This document shows, piece by piece, positions 1-11,879 of a stretch of 64,000 bases of DNA (position 1 is its first letter; each line of letters begins with the position of its first letter). The notes beneath the pieces are model-generated. The model searched no databases. It had not been told where the DNA came from and worked only from the letters and a program-made list of their open reading frames with translations. Both the position numbers and the translations under genes were made by a program. Source of the stretch: Chiloscyllium plagiosum (lineage: Eukaryota); the NCBI RefSeq assembly GCF_004010195.1, contig NC_057749.1:12302833-12366832 (forward strand). Reading direction: 5' to 3'.

Positions 1-312
1 CCTCCTCTCATTTATCTCTCCACCCTGCAGGCTCTCTGCCTCTATTCCTAAAGAAGGGCTTTTGCCCGAAACGTCTATTTTCCTGCTCCTCGGATGCTGC
101 CTGAACTGCTTTTCCAGCACCACTCTAATCTAGAATCTGGTTTCCACCTCCTCTCATTTATCTCTCCACCCTGCAGGCTCTCTGCCTCTATTCCTAAAGA
201 AGGGCTTTTGCCCGAAACGTCTATTTTCCTGCTCCTCGGATGCTGCCTGAACTGCTTTTCCAGCACCACTCTAATCTAGAATCTGGTTTCCAGCATCTGC
301 AGCCCTTGTTTT
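1..312 (+). mobile_element. Penelope-type terminal repeat fragment with an exact 146-bp tandem duplication
   Basis: 1-146 is identical to 147-292. Each copy carries CTAAAGA-AGGGCTTTTGCCC-GAAACGTC (hammerhead-like, core CTGA>CTAA), homologous to the element ends at 12497 and 61034. Confidence 0.7.
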
Positions 313-995
313 TACCTGTAGTCCATATAGATCACGTCCACCGCTCTGCTCTCATCAAACTTCTTCATTACTTCTTCAAAAAACTCAATCAAATTCGTGG
401 GACATGATTTCCCATGCCCATAGCCATATTGACTATCCCTAATTAGTCCTTGCCTTTCCAAATGCATGTAAATTCTGTCTCTCAGGATTCCCTCCAACAA
501 CTTGCCCACCACTGATGTCAGGCTCACTGGTCTATACTTGCCTGCTTTTTCCTTACCACCTTTCTTAAATAGTGGTACCACATTAGCCAACCTCCAATCA
601 TCCGGCACCTCACCTGTAACTATTGATGATATAAATATCTCAGCAAGGAGCACAGCAATCACATCCCTAGCTTCCCGCAGAGTTCTGGGGTACACCCGAT
701 CAGGCCCTGGGAATTTATCCACTTTTATGTGTTCAAGACATCCAACACGTCATTCTCTGTAATATGGATATTTTTCAAGATGTCACCATCTATTTCCCCA
801 CATTCTGTATCTTCCATGTCCTTTTCCATAGTAAACACTGATGCAAAATACTTGTTTCGTATCTCCCACATCTCCTGTGGTTCCACACATAGGCTGCCTT
901 GTTGATCTTTGAGGGGTCTCATTTCTCTCCCTTTTGTCTTTAATATATGTATAAAATCCCTTTGGATTCTCCTTAACCCTATTTGCCAAAGCCAT

Positions 996-1212
996 CTCCC
1001 CATGTCTGCGTGGGTTTCCTCCGGGTGCTCTGGTTTCCTCCCACAATCCAAAAATGTGCAGGTTAGGTGAATTGGCCATGCTAAATTTCCCATAGTGTTA
1101 GGTGAAGGGGTAAATATAGGAGAATGGGTCTGGGTGGGTTATGCTTCAGCGGATCAGTGTGGACTTGTTGGGCCGAAGGGCCTATTTCCACACTGTAAGT
1201 AATCTAATCTAA
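996..1212 (+). mobile_element. 5'-truncated HE1-type V-SINE inserted in CR1
   Basis: V-SINE core TGTCTGCGTGGGTTTCCTCCGGGTGCTC and (TAATC)n tail. Confidence 0.85.
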
Positions 1213-3249
1213 GCTCACGTCCTCTTTTTGTCTTCCTCATTTCCCTCTTAAGAATACTCCTACAGCCTTTATACTCTTCTAAGGATTGACTCAATCTCTC
1301 TGTCTATACCTGACGTATAGTTCCTTTTTTTTTGTTAACTAAAACCTCAATTTCTCAAGTCATCCAGCATTTCCTCCACCTCCCAGCCTTGCCTTTCACC
1401 CTAACAGGAATATACTGTTTCTGGACGCTCATTATCTCATTTTTGAAGGCTTTCCATTTTCCAAGCTGTCCCTTTAACTGCGAACATCTGCCCCCAGTCA
1501 ACTTTTGAAAGTTCTTGCCTAATACTATCAAAATTGGCCTTTCTCCAATTTAGAACTTCAATTTTTATCTTTTTATGGTCTATCTTTTTCTATCACTATC
1601 TTAAAACTAATAGAATTATGGCTGCTGGCCCCAAAGTGCTCCCCCAATGACACCTCAGTCACCTGACCTGCCTTATTTCCCAAGAGTAGGTCAAGTATTG
1701 CTTCTCAAATAGGAATATCCACATGCTGAATCAGATAATTTTCTTGCTCACACTTAACAAATCCCTCTCCATCTAAACACTTAACAGTATGGTAATTGCA
1801 GTCTAGGTTTAGAAAGTTAAAATCCTCTACCATAACCACCCTATCACTCTGACAGAAAACTGAGATCTCCATACAAATTTGTTTCTCAATTTCCCACTGA
1901 CTACTGGGAGGTCTATAACACAATCCCAATAAGATGATCATCTCTAACCTGTTTCTCAGTTCCACCCAAATAACCTCCCTGGATGTATTCCCAGGAATAT
2001 CCTCCCGAAGTACAGCTACTCCCTCTCCTCTCTTGCCACCCCCCCACCCCGCCTTTCTATCCTTCCTATAGTATTTGTATCCTGGAAGTCCTGTCCACCC
2101 CTGAGAAACATCTATATAATTGCGATGATATCCAAGTCCCACGATCATAACTATGTTCTGAGTTCATCTGCCTTCCCTGTTCAGCCTCTTGCATCAAAAT
2201 AAAAGAAATTTGAGTTATCAGTCCTACAGTGTTCCCTGCTTTGTTCCTGCCTGTCCTGACTGTTTGACTTGCTCCTTTTCTCATATCTTAAGGATGTCTT
2301 ATGGTGCAATCCATCCTTCTTGTACAGGTCACTTCTACCCCAAAAGAGATTCCATTGATCCAAAAATGTGAACTCTCCCCCCCAGACCTACTCCTCAGCC
2401 ATGCATTCATCTGCTCTATCCTCCTATTCCTACCCTCACTAACTCATAGCACTAGGAATAATCCAGATATAACTACCCTCGAGGTCCTCCTTTTTAAATT
2501 CCTGCCTAACTTTCTATGTTCTCCCTTCAGAATCGCACCCTTTTCTCTTCCTATGTTGTTAGCTCCAATGTGTACAACAACTTCCTACTGGTCTCTCTTA
2601 CCTTTGAGAACACTCTGCACCATCTCCGAGGTATCCTTGATCCTGACACCAGGGAGACAACACAGCATTCTGATTTTTCGCTGCTGGCCACAGAAACGTC
2701 TGTATGTACCTCGGTTGAGAGAGTCCCCTAAAACAATCGATCGCTTGGAACCCAAAGTATCCCTCATTGCATTAGAACCACTCTCAATATCAAAAGCTTG
2801 GCTGTTCGTACTCCTGAGTGTCCATCACGCCCTAAATTTTCCAAAACAGCATACTTGTTTGAAATGGGGATAGCCACAGAAGATTCATGCACTAGCTGCC
2901 TACCTCTCTTACATTTCCTAGAATTAACTCATCTATTTGAATGTATCTGAGATTCCCCCCTTCCTATAACTGCCATCCATCACATCCCCTTGCTCTTGTA
3001 AATTCCTCATTGCCTGTAACTGCATTTCCAACCGATCCATTCGATCTGATAGGATTCGCAATCAATGGCATTTATTTCAGATATAATTCTCAGTAACCCG
3101 TAAACTCTCACTAAACTCCCACATCTGACAAGAAGAACATATCACTCTATCAAGGGCCATTTTTGCTTCTTTAAATCTACAGACCCAGAAAATAGCACTG
3201 TCTTATTCCTTACAAAACACTGCTCCAGGTTAAATTAATACTTATTGCT

Positions 3250-3828
3250 TAGAACTTAGAACATAGAACATAGAAAAGTACAGCTCAGAACAGGCCCTTT
3301 GGCCCATGATGTTGTGCTGAGGATTAATCCTAATGTAAAATAAAATAACTTAACCTATCCACCCCTCAATTCACTGCTATCCATGTGCATATCCAGCAGT
3401 CGCTTAAATGTTCCTAATGACTCTGTTTCCACCACCACAACTGGCAATGCATTCCATGCATTCACAACTTTCTGCGTAAAGAACCTTCCTCTGACATCCC
3501 CTCTATACCTTTCTCCTAATATTTTAAAACTATGACCCCTTCTGCCAGTCAATCCTGCCCTGGGGAAAAGTCTCTGGCTATTTACTCTCAATCAGGTCAC
3601 CTCTCTTCCTCCTTCTCTCTAGAAAGAAAAGTCCGAGCTTAGTTAACCTCTCTTCATAAGGCAAGCCCTTCAGTCCAGGCAGCATCCTCATAAACCTGTT
3701 TTGCACCCTCTCCAAAGCCTCTGTATCTTTCCTACAATAGGATTACCAGAACTGGTCACAATATTCCAAGTGTGGCCTCACCAAGGACTTGTAGAGCTGT
3801 AGCAAAACCTTGCAGCTCGTAAACTCAA
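3250..3828 (-). mobile_element. CR1 3' fragment nested in the CR1 5' region
   Basis: (AGAACAT)n tail on +; 'RGHSFKILGERYRGDVRGRFFTQKVVNAWNALP'. Confidence 0.85.
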
Positions 3829-4379
3829 AAATTTTGAGTTTAATCGAGAGACATAGCTCAATAAAACATATAATCAAGAAAGAACCCACTCTACTCACTA
3901 CTAAGGCCATGTTTAAAATCCACTTATCTGCTTTTGTGGTGTGACGTCTTCCTGACAGGTTCCTCCAAGATCAGTTGTGAATTTCACTTTTTAAAATTTT
4001 CCCAGATGCACTCTGATGTCCAGCAATACATGAATTCAACAGCAAAGGCAGTAACTTCTAACTCAGTCAGTTAGCAATGTGGGTTTCTTTTTCTCTCTCT
4101 CTCTCCTGCACTGACCTCACCATGTGTTTCCTTTGTCGTTCTTCTCCCTTTTGAAAGTGCTGTTGTTTTTTTGACTTTCTTTTCCTCCAAAATTCCAAAA
4201 CAATGCAACAGCAAATAAAACAGAAATTGCTGCTCCTGGAATTCGAGGAAATCACCTTCAACACCTAAAATACCTCAAAAAAAGGAGCAGCTGTTACAGC
4301 CAGAAATTTTTCCTGTCCTCCATCTTGGATTACCCAGAATCCTCAATTTCTTTAGTTTCAGTGCTGTATAACTTATTTT

Positions 4380-5120
4380 TGAAATCATACAATGTTTTGG
4401 CCTTGACAGCTTTCTGTAGCAGTGAATTCCACAATCTCATCACTCTCTGGGTGAAGAAATATTTCCTCAACTCAGTTTAACCCTGCATCCTTAGACTGTG
4501 ACTCCTGGTTCTGGACTCCCCCATCATCGGCAACATCCTTTCTGCATCTGCCTTGCCGAGTCCTGTTAGAATTTGGAGGTTTCTATGAAATTTCCCTTCA
4601 TTCTTCTGAACTCCAGAGTATGTAATCCAAACCAATACAACCTCTCCTCATACATCAGTCTTGCCACCCCAGTAAACCGTCAATGCATTCCCTCAATCGC
4701 AAGAACATCCTTCCTCATATAAGAAGACCAAACTGCACACAATTTTCCAGGTGTGGTCTCACCAAGGCTCTGCATAATTACTGCCAGATATTCCCACTCC
4801 TGTACTCAAATCCTCTCAACATACCATTTGCTTTCTAGATTGCCTGTTGCACCTACATGCTTACCTTCAGTGACTAGTATATGAGGACATCAAGGTCTTG
4901 TTGCACATTCTTCTTTGTCAATTCATAGCTGTCAAGATAATAATCTGATTTCCTGCTTTTGCTGCCAAAGTGGGTAACATCACATTTATTCACATTATAC
5001 TGCTTCTACAATGAATTTGTCCAATCATTCATCTTGTCCAAAGACACTGACGCATCTTTGCATCCTCCTCACAGTCCACCCTCCCACTCAGCTTTATGTC
5101 ATCTGCAAATCTGGTGAGAT
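4380..5120 (-). mobile_element. Decayed CR1 RT 3' fragment
   Basis: Antisense similarity to the other CR1 3' halves in the window. Confidence 0.7.
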
Positions 5121-5212
5121 ATCCTACTCTCTTCTTTCTTCCAATGAATTCCCTGCCCAAGTGAATGGATGCCTCCAATTCCACCTTGGTTCACAGTCAC
5201 TTTATTAGGACA

Positions 5213-5501
5213 TTATCAAATGAATTGCAGAAATCTATTTAAATAATTGCATGGACCTGTAAGGCAAATGCCATCTCACATAAATTAAGAGACAAACTCT
5301 GAACAACTATGTTATGATCCTGACAAGAGGAATGAGCTGTGAATGAAGCCTCATTATTCCACAAGTTTCATGCACAGCTCATTCCTCTTGTCAGGATCAT
5401 AACATAGTTGTTCAGAGTTTGTCTCTTAATTTATGTGAGATGGCATTTGCCTTACAGGTCCATGCAATTATTTAAATAGATTTCTGCAATTCATTTGATA
5501 A
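5213..5501. repeat. Perfect inverted repeat, 129-bp arms with a 31-bp spacer
   Basis: 5213-5341 is the exact reverse complement of 5373-5501. Confidence 0.95.
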
Positions 5502-5559
5502 GGTCCCAATTACTAGAGATTTTTTCAGCTACTCCTGCTTTGAGGTTCTTTTTTTCTTT

Positions 5560-5760
5560 AGTCGAAAGTGTGGTGCTGGAAAAGCACAGCAGGTCAGACA
5601 GCATCTAAGGAGCAGGAGAATCGATGATTTGGGCATAAGCCCTTCATCAGGAATCATGAAGTCTATTCTCCTGCTCCTTGGATGCTGCCAGACGTGCAGT
5701 GCTTTTCCAGCACCACACTTTCGACTCTGATCTCTAGCAGCTGAAGTCCTCACTTTCTCC
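5560..5760. mobile_element. Palindromic Penelope-terminus derivative (degenerate hammerhead)
   Basis: GTCGAAAGTGTGGTGCTGGAAAAGCAC...GTGCTTTTCCAGCACCACACTTTCGAC fold-back; minus strand CTGATGAAGGGCTTATGCCCAAA. Confidence 0.75.
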
Positions 5761-6906
5761 TTCTTTCTTTAGGAAAGAGATTTTCAGCTTTAAGTTTTTT
5801 AAGGTCTACCTTTCTTCTACGGATGCACCCAGGTTTCCTGGGAATAAACAGGAAAAATGCCCTAGAGCTATGCTTCTAGACATCTTCATTTTATGGGGTT
5901 CAACTCTCCTAAACTAAGTTTGTCAAAAAATTAAAGCCATAAACTTCATATCTTACCTCTTTTTAAAGCTTTGTATGTCTCCTTTGGTCCTTCAATAAAA
6001 ATATTTATCCTAATTGTAGGACTGTGCTTCATGGAGAAGTTCATGCAGAAAACACCTTTGACCACAAGTAAAGCCCTGCAGAAAAATGGAATAGTGAATC
6101 CTGTTGAATGGCTTCATGAACTGACAGTCATTTGGTAGAATGCTTCATCAGCAAAACTTACAAACAAGCACTGAGATGTAGGTTGGTGGTGAAAAAGGCC
6201 CTTCCCAAGAGATCCTCAAGCACTCTCAGAGTGTCAGTGCTATTGCCCTCATGAAGACTGCAAAAGACCAATGCCTATCTCCTCTGGTATATGCCATTGC
6301 AAAGGAAGTCTGGAGAGAGATGAAGTGTTATTTTGGTTGACACATGTTCCAATCAGCTCCATAATGGAAAGCTGTCTGGGTTCTTCCCAAGGGACACACC
6401 AAGACAAGTCAAAAGGGCAGTCAGCCAATCATGTTTGTTCCAGCTCTCCACATGAACATTCTGTCATTCTCCTGCCTTTTCCCTGTAATTCTGCACATTC
6501 TTCCTTTTGCAAATGATGGTCTAATCCCCTTTTCAATGCTTCAATTGAACCTGCCTCCACCACTCTCTTTCACAGCAGAAATCCACAGACCTTAACCACT
6601 TGCTGTGTGAAAAAGCTTTGTATCTTCCCATTTTGGCTGCTTTTGCTAAAGGAAATATAATCTACTGCTGGAGAACAAACAACTTGATGAAAGACAGTCG
6701 TTCATCTGTCCAAAACTAGCCTGTGCAGAGAACTCCCACAACTGTATGTTGCAGACTGGCACATTCCCAGGTCTGCCTACTGAGGGATATACATAAACCT
6801 GGGTTAGGTGCTGCAAAGGTGCAAAGAGAATAGGCCACTGTCAAAGGCCCTTCTGTCATCTTACGTTAAGGAGTTAGAATTTGTGTACAAATTCGCAAAA
6901 TTGTAA

Positions 6907-7175
6907 AATCTATACACTGTGGAAACAAGCCATTAGGCCCAACAAGTCCACACCGACTGTCCAAAGAATAACCCACCCAGACCTATTCCCCTATCTTTTA
7001 GTCTACAAGCATCCCTAAACACTATCTCGCACAGCCAACTCACCTAACCTGCACATCTTTGGATTGTGGGAAGAAACCAGAGTATCTGGAAGAAACCCAC
7101 ACAGTCACCCAAGATTGGGATTGAACCCAGGTCCTTGGGATTGTGAGGCAGCAGTGTTAGCCACTGTGCCACCCT
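6907..7175 (-). mobile_element. HE1-type V-SINE
   Basis: Antisense SINE head (CCACTGTGCCACC), V core and CR1-like tail. Confidence 0.8.
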
Positions 7176-7342
7176 ACAAGAGTAAGAAGATTCCAGGATA
7201 CTTTTCATCAATTATACATGCATAAAGCATATATAACCTGGAATTCTACATATACCTCAGAGTGCTACATACTGCATTGGACCTGTTATACCACGGTGTA
7301 ATCTCAAATTTAAATTGTTCTCTCATAAGAACATATATTATG

Positions 7343-8930
7343 TCGATGATTTGGACTTGGGGATTTGTAGATGACACTAAGATGAATGGCAGAGCAAAGT
7401 GTGCAGAGAACTGTGAAACTTTGCAGGGGACATAGATACTTTAAGTGAGTGAGCAAAGGTCTGGCAGATGGAATACAATGTTAATAAATATGAAGTCATC
7501 CATTTTGGTAGAAGTAACAGTAAAAAGGATTGTTACTTGAATGGTAAAAACTTGTAGCATGCTGCTATGCAGAGGGACCTGGGTGTACTTATGCATGAAT
7601 CACAGAGGTAGGTCTGCAGGGACAAGTAATTATGAAGGCAAATGGAATTTTGTCTTTCATTGCTAAAGGGATTGAGTTTAAAAGCAGGGAGGTTATGTTG
7701 CAGCTGTACAGGATACTGGTGAGGCCACATCTGGAGTACTTCATGCAGTTTTGGTCTCCTTACTTGAGAAATGATTAGTGGCACTACAGGGGGTGCAGAG
7801 GACGTTCACTAGGTTGATTCTGGAGTTGATGGGGTTGGCTTATGAGGAGAGACTAAGTAGACTGGGATTATATTACAATTGCGAGAGTGCTTGGTGTCCA
7901 TGTACATAGATCCCTGAAAGTTGCTACCCAGTTTGATAGGGTTGTTAAGAAGACATATGGCGTGTTAGCTTTTATTAGTAGATGGATTGAGTTTTGGAAC
8001 CATGAGGTCATGCTGCAGTTATACAAAACTCTGGTGCAGCGGCACTTAGAATATTGCGTACAGTTCTCATCACCACATTACAGGAAGGATGTGGAAGCTT
8101 TGGAAAGGGTGCAGAGGAGATTTACTAGGATGTTGCCTGGTATGGAGGAAAGATTGAGGGATTGAAGGTTGAGAGGTGACTTAATTGGGACACGTAAAAT
8201 AATCAAAGGATTAGATAGGGTGGACAGTGAGGGCCTTTTTCCTCGGATGTTGCTGGCTAGCATGAGGGACATGGCTTTAAACTGAGAGGTGATAGACTTA
8301 GGGCAGATGTCAAAGGTAGTTTCTTTACTCAGAAATTAGTAGGGGTGTAGAAAGCACTGCCTGCAACAGGAGAAGACTCACCAACTTTAAGGGCATTTAA
8401 ATGGTCATTGGATAGACATATGGACAAAAATGGAACAGTGTAGGTTAGATGGACTTCAGATTGATTTCACAGATCGGCGCAACATCGAGGGCTGAAAGGC
8501 CTGTACTGTGCTGTAATGTTCTATATTCATTGGAATTTAGAAGAATGATGGGGGATCTTACAAAATCATATAAAATTTTGGGGAATAGATAAGATAGGAG
8601 TAGAGAGCGTGTTTCCACTGATAGGTGAAACTAGGACAAGAGGGCATAGCCTGAAAATCAGGGGAAGCAGGTTTAGTACTGAATTGAGAAGAAACTTCCT
8701 CACCCAGAAGGTTGTAAATCTTTGGAATTCCCTGCTCAGTGAAGTAGTTGACACTACTTAAGTAGATGTTTTTAAAGCTAAAATAGTTTTTTTTAAGAAT
8801 AAAGGAATTAAGGGATACAGTGAGAGGATGGGTAAGTGGAGCTGAGTCCACGAAAAGATCAGCTATGATGGTATTGAATGATGGAGCATGCTCGAAGGGC
8901 CAGACAGCATACAGTTACCCCTAGTACTGA
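7343..8930 (+). mobile_element. CR1 RT 3' half with a second CR1 3' fragment nested at about 7875-8522
   Basis: 'LQLYKTLVQRHLEYCVQF...LERVQRRFTRMLPG'. The outer copy resumes after a duplicated TATATT. Confidence 0.85.
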
Positions 8931-10294
8931 TGTAATTTCTTACAAATCAGACAGAGGTCTCTACAAACAACATCTCAAATTTATTTACAAGTAACTTTAA
9001 AAAATATTGTTCATTGCCACACATATCAAAGGAGGTTTCATTTATCATCATAATGGTGTGATACACCTTAAACGAAGCCATTTNNNNNNNNNNNNNNNNN
9101 NNNNNNNNNNNNNNNNNNNNNNNNNNNNNNNNNNNNNNNNNNNNNNNNNNNNNNNNNNNNNNNNNNNNNNNNNNNNNNNNNNNNNNNNNNNNNNNNNNNN
9201 NNNNNNNNNNNNNNNNNNNNNNNNNNNNNNNNNNNNNNNNNNNNNNNNNNNNNNNNNNNNNNNNNNNNNNNNNNNNNNNNNNNNNNNNNNNNNNNNNNNN
9301 NNNNNNNNNNNNNNNNNNNNNNNNNNNNNNNNNNNNNNNNNNNNNNNNNNNNNNNNNNNNNNNNNNNNNNNNNNNNNNNNNNNNNNNNNNNNNNNNNNNN
9401 NNNNNNNNNNNNNNNNNNNNNNNNNNNNNNNNNNNNNNNNNNNNNNNNNNNNNNNNNNNNNNNNNNNNNNNNNNNNNNNNNNNNNNNNNNNNNNNNNNNN
9501 NNNNNNNNNNNNNNNNNNNNNNNNNNNNNNNNNNNNNNNNNNNNNNNNNNNNNNNNNNNNNNNNNNNNNNNNNNNNNNNNNNNAGCCTTTTATAAATCAA
9601 ACTTTCATCCCTACAACATCTTGGCAACTTTCTTCTGAACGCTCTCCAGAGTTTTAACAGGCGACCAGGAACGGACACGATATTCCAGAAGAGACCTCAT
9701 CAATGTCCTGTGCAACCTCGACATGACTTCACGACACTTATATTGAAAGACAGAGACAAAGGTTAGCGTGCCAAATGCTTTATTAACCATCTTGTCTTTA
9801 TCTGATGCAAATTTCGAAGAGTTTTATATCTAAACCCCAAGGTCCCTCTGTTCATAACACGACTCAAGATCACGCCATTTTTGCAGTATGGTATATAGAG
9901 GATTGTAGCCTTATGTCTGAATTTAAAATACAACGAGTTAAGGAAATTGGCACAGAACTTGGAAAAGTAAATTGATGGTCGGGAGGAGAGAATTACTTCC
10001 ATATACAATCGAAAGCATTGAGACGAGGAGGTGAATGATTAAGTGCTTAAATAATGAATATAAAACACGATAAGATGTTCATTTATAGGCTGAATTACCA
10101 GGCAATGTGATGAGATGGAAGATTTGGGGGATCTTTGGGAGAGTTAATCGATCAACAAACTGTTTCCTGCATATAGAAGACCCACTGAGCAGAGGTAAAC
10201 TCAAAGAATGAGTCACATGCCAGTGAGCAGTGGGTATTGTCTGCAGCTGTCTCCAAAAGCAGTGCAAATGACGCTGTCCTGTGCTGATACAATA

Positions 10295-10566
10295 TAGATT
10301 AGATTACTTACAGTGTGGAAGCAGGCGCTTCGGCCCCAAGCAGGCGCTTCGCCGAAGCGCAACCCACCCATACCCCTACATTTACCACTTACCTAACAGC
10401 ATGGGCAATTTAGCATGGCCAATTCACCTAACCTGCACATCTTTGGATTGTGGGAGGAAACCGGAGCACCCGGAGGAAACCAACGCAGACACATGAAGAA
10501 CGTGCAAACTCCACACAGTCAGTCGCTGTGAGGCAGCAGTGCTAACCACTGTGCCACCGTACCGCC
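10295..10566 (-). mobile_element. HE1-type V-SINE with CAATA target-site duplication
   Basis: (TAGAT) tail, V core and head; CAATA on both sides; internal duplication of AAGCAGGCGCTTCG. Confidence 0.85.
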
Positions 10567-11879
10567 CAATAATGTAGTTGAAAGCACTGCCCTCTCTGCT
10601 CCACCATTCTCGTGCAGCAAGAAAATGCCAGCATGTTTGGCGGCATGAATGAAAGACTTCAGATCAACTAAGGCTGAGACAACATGGAGTTTATGGACTC
10701 GTGAGGGATCCATTGAATCAAGAAAACGATTACAATAATCAAATGGCTCTCTGAAGTTAAGGATCTAAGGGAAGAGTTGGGAATGAATTACAAGTAAGGA
10801 TTATAACTTCCTCAGGTTAACATCGGAAACTTAAGAGTGCAAACCTAGAATTCAATATTGAAAATAAAAAAACTTTGCAGTTTTCTCCCTTAGACTTGAA
10901 ACGAGATATTTACAAATGATACCTTGGCCAGAGGATCCCAAAAAGAACCGGAAACCAAAATTCAAAGTACATGAAGGGAAACGATCATTGAATCTGATGT
11001 GTCAGATACTAACAGCAAAAAGGTCTGCAGTGAAAGCCAAAGTTTATTTACAGGGAGGCAGAGTAGGACTGCCTATATCGCTCCGAGCTTCGAAATTCAC
11101 ATTGGTGAAACGACGAAAGCAACCAGTCAATTGCACATTGGGAGTTTAGAACCTTACGACAGTGGAAAGGGACAAGTGGATTCACCAGCTTGGACTATCC
11201 AGGAACATGTTCGTGATATGCTTCCTCCAGATCACATGAAGTTATTGTCGCAGATGTAAAGGACCAATTCGCTATCCAGAGATCTGTACCATTCAGGGTT
11301 TTAATGCTAAGAAAGAGCAAACACGGTGTGAACTTTGGAATGTAACTGCCTGTGTTCTGCAATCCTGACAGCCACGGGAGGGTCATTGTGGCAGCTCACA
11401 TGTATTGTAAAATCTGGACTGTTTCTGTTTTCATCGAAAAGTTTTGACCAAATGTAGCGGCATTTAGCGGGCACTGCAGGTTGCAGTGGTGGATAAAGTA
11501 GTAGTTCACAAGAGCTTAATTTATAGTTTATGTATTGGATGCCCAGGCAAGTGCTACAGCACCAACCCAACACTCCATCACTGCCACAAACAGCACAGCG
11601 CCAATGGGTTCAGAAATCTCTCACGTGGTAGTTTCCATAACACCAAACTCCACCCCACCAGCACTTCTTTGCATTGCACTTGATTAATCTTTGGATAATA
11701 CTGCCAATGCTGGAAAGTGTCAGACATCATTCACTGGCAATAATTGGCACGCAATCGTCCATCATTAAAATCCATTATTCTCAACTTTACCAAGCTCAGA
11801 CTACGCCCTATACTCCAGATCAGTCACTTTAAAAAATGGGTGTTACATGTGAAACACTCCACGCACAGGCAATCGGAGT

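Larger units (their letters stand above)
312..4343 (-). mobile_element. Decayed near-full-length CR1 LINE (ORF1 SGNH esterase + ORF2 APE/RT N-terminal part), with nested inserts
   Basis: ORF1 'SIVLGDSLNRGTYRRFCG' (2585-2767); APE 'LCYRPP...VEDFN' (1705-2148); RT 'WRLANVVPLFKKG...YRPVSLTSVVGKLLE' (312-722). Many stops and frameshifts. Confidence 0.85.

Noticed and set aside
2301..2873. 190-aa plus-strand ORF
   Set aside because: Antisense of CR1 ORF1.
8947..9678. Long ORFs across N runs (also 30343-31339 and 52326-53016)
   Set aside because: Artefacts of the 500-N scaffold gaps.
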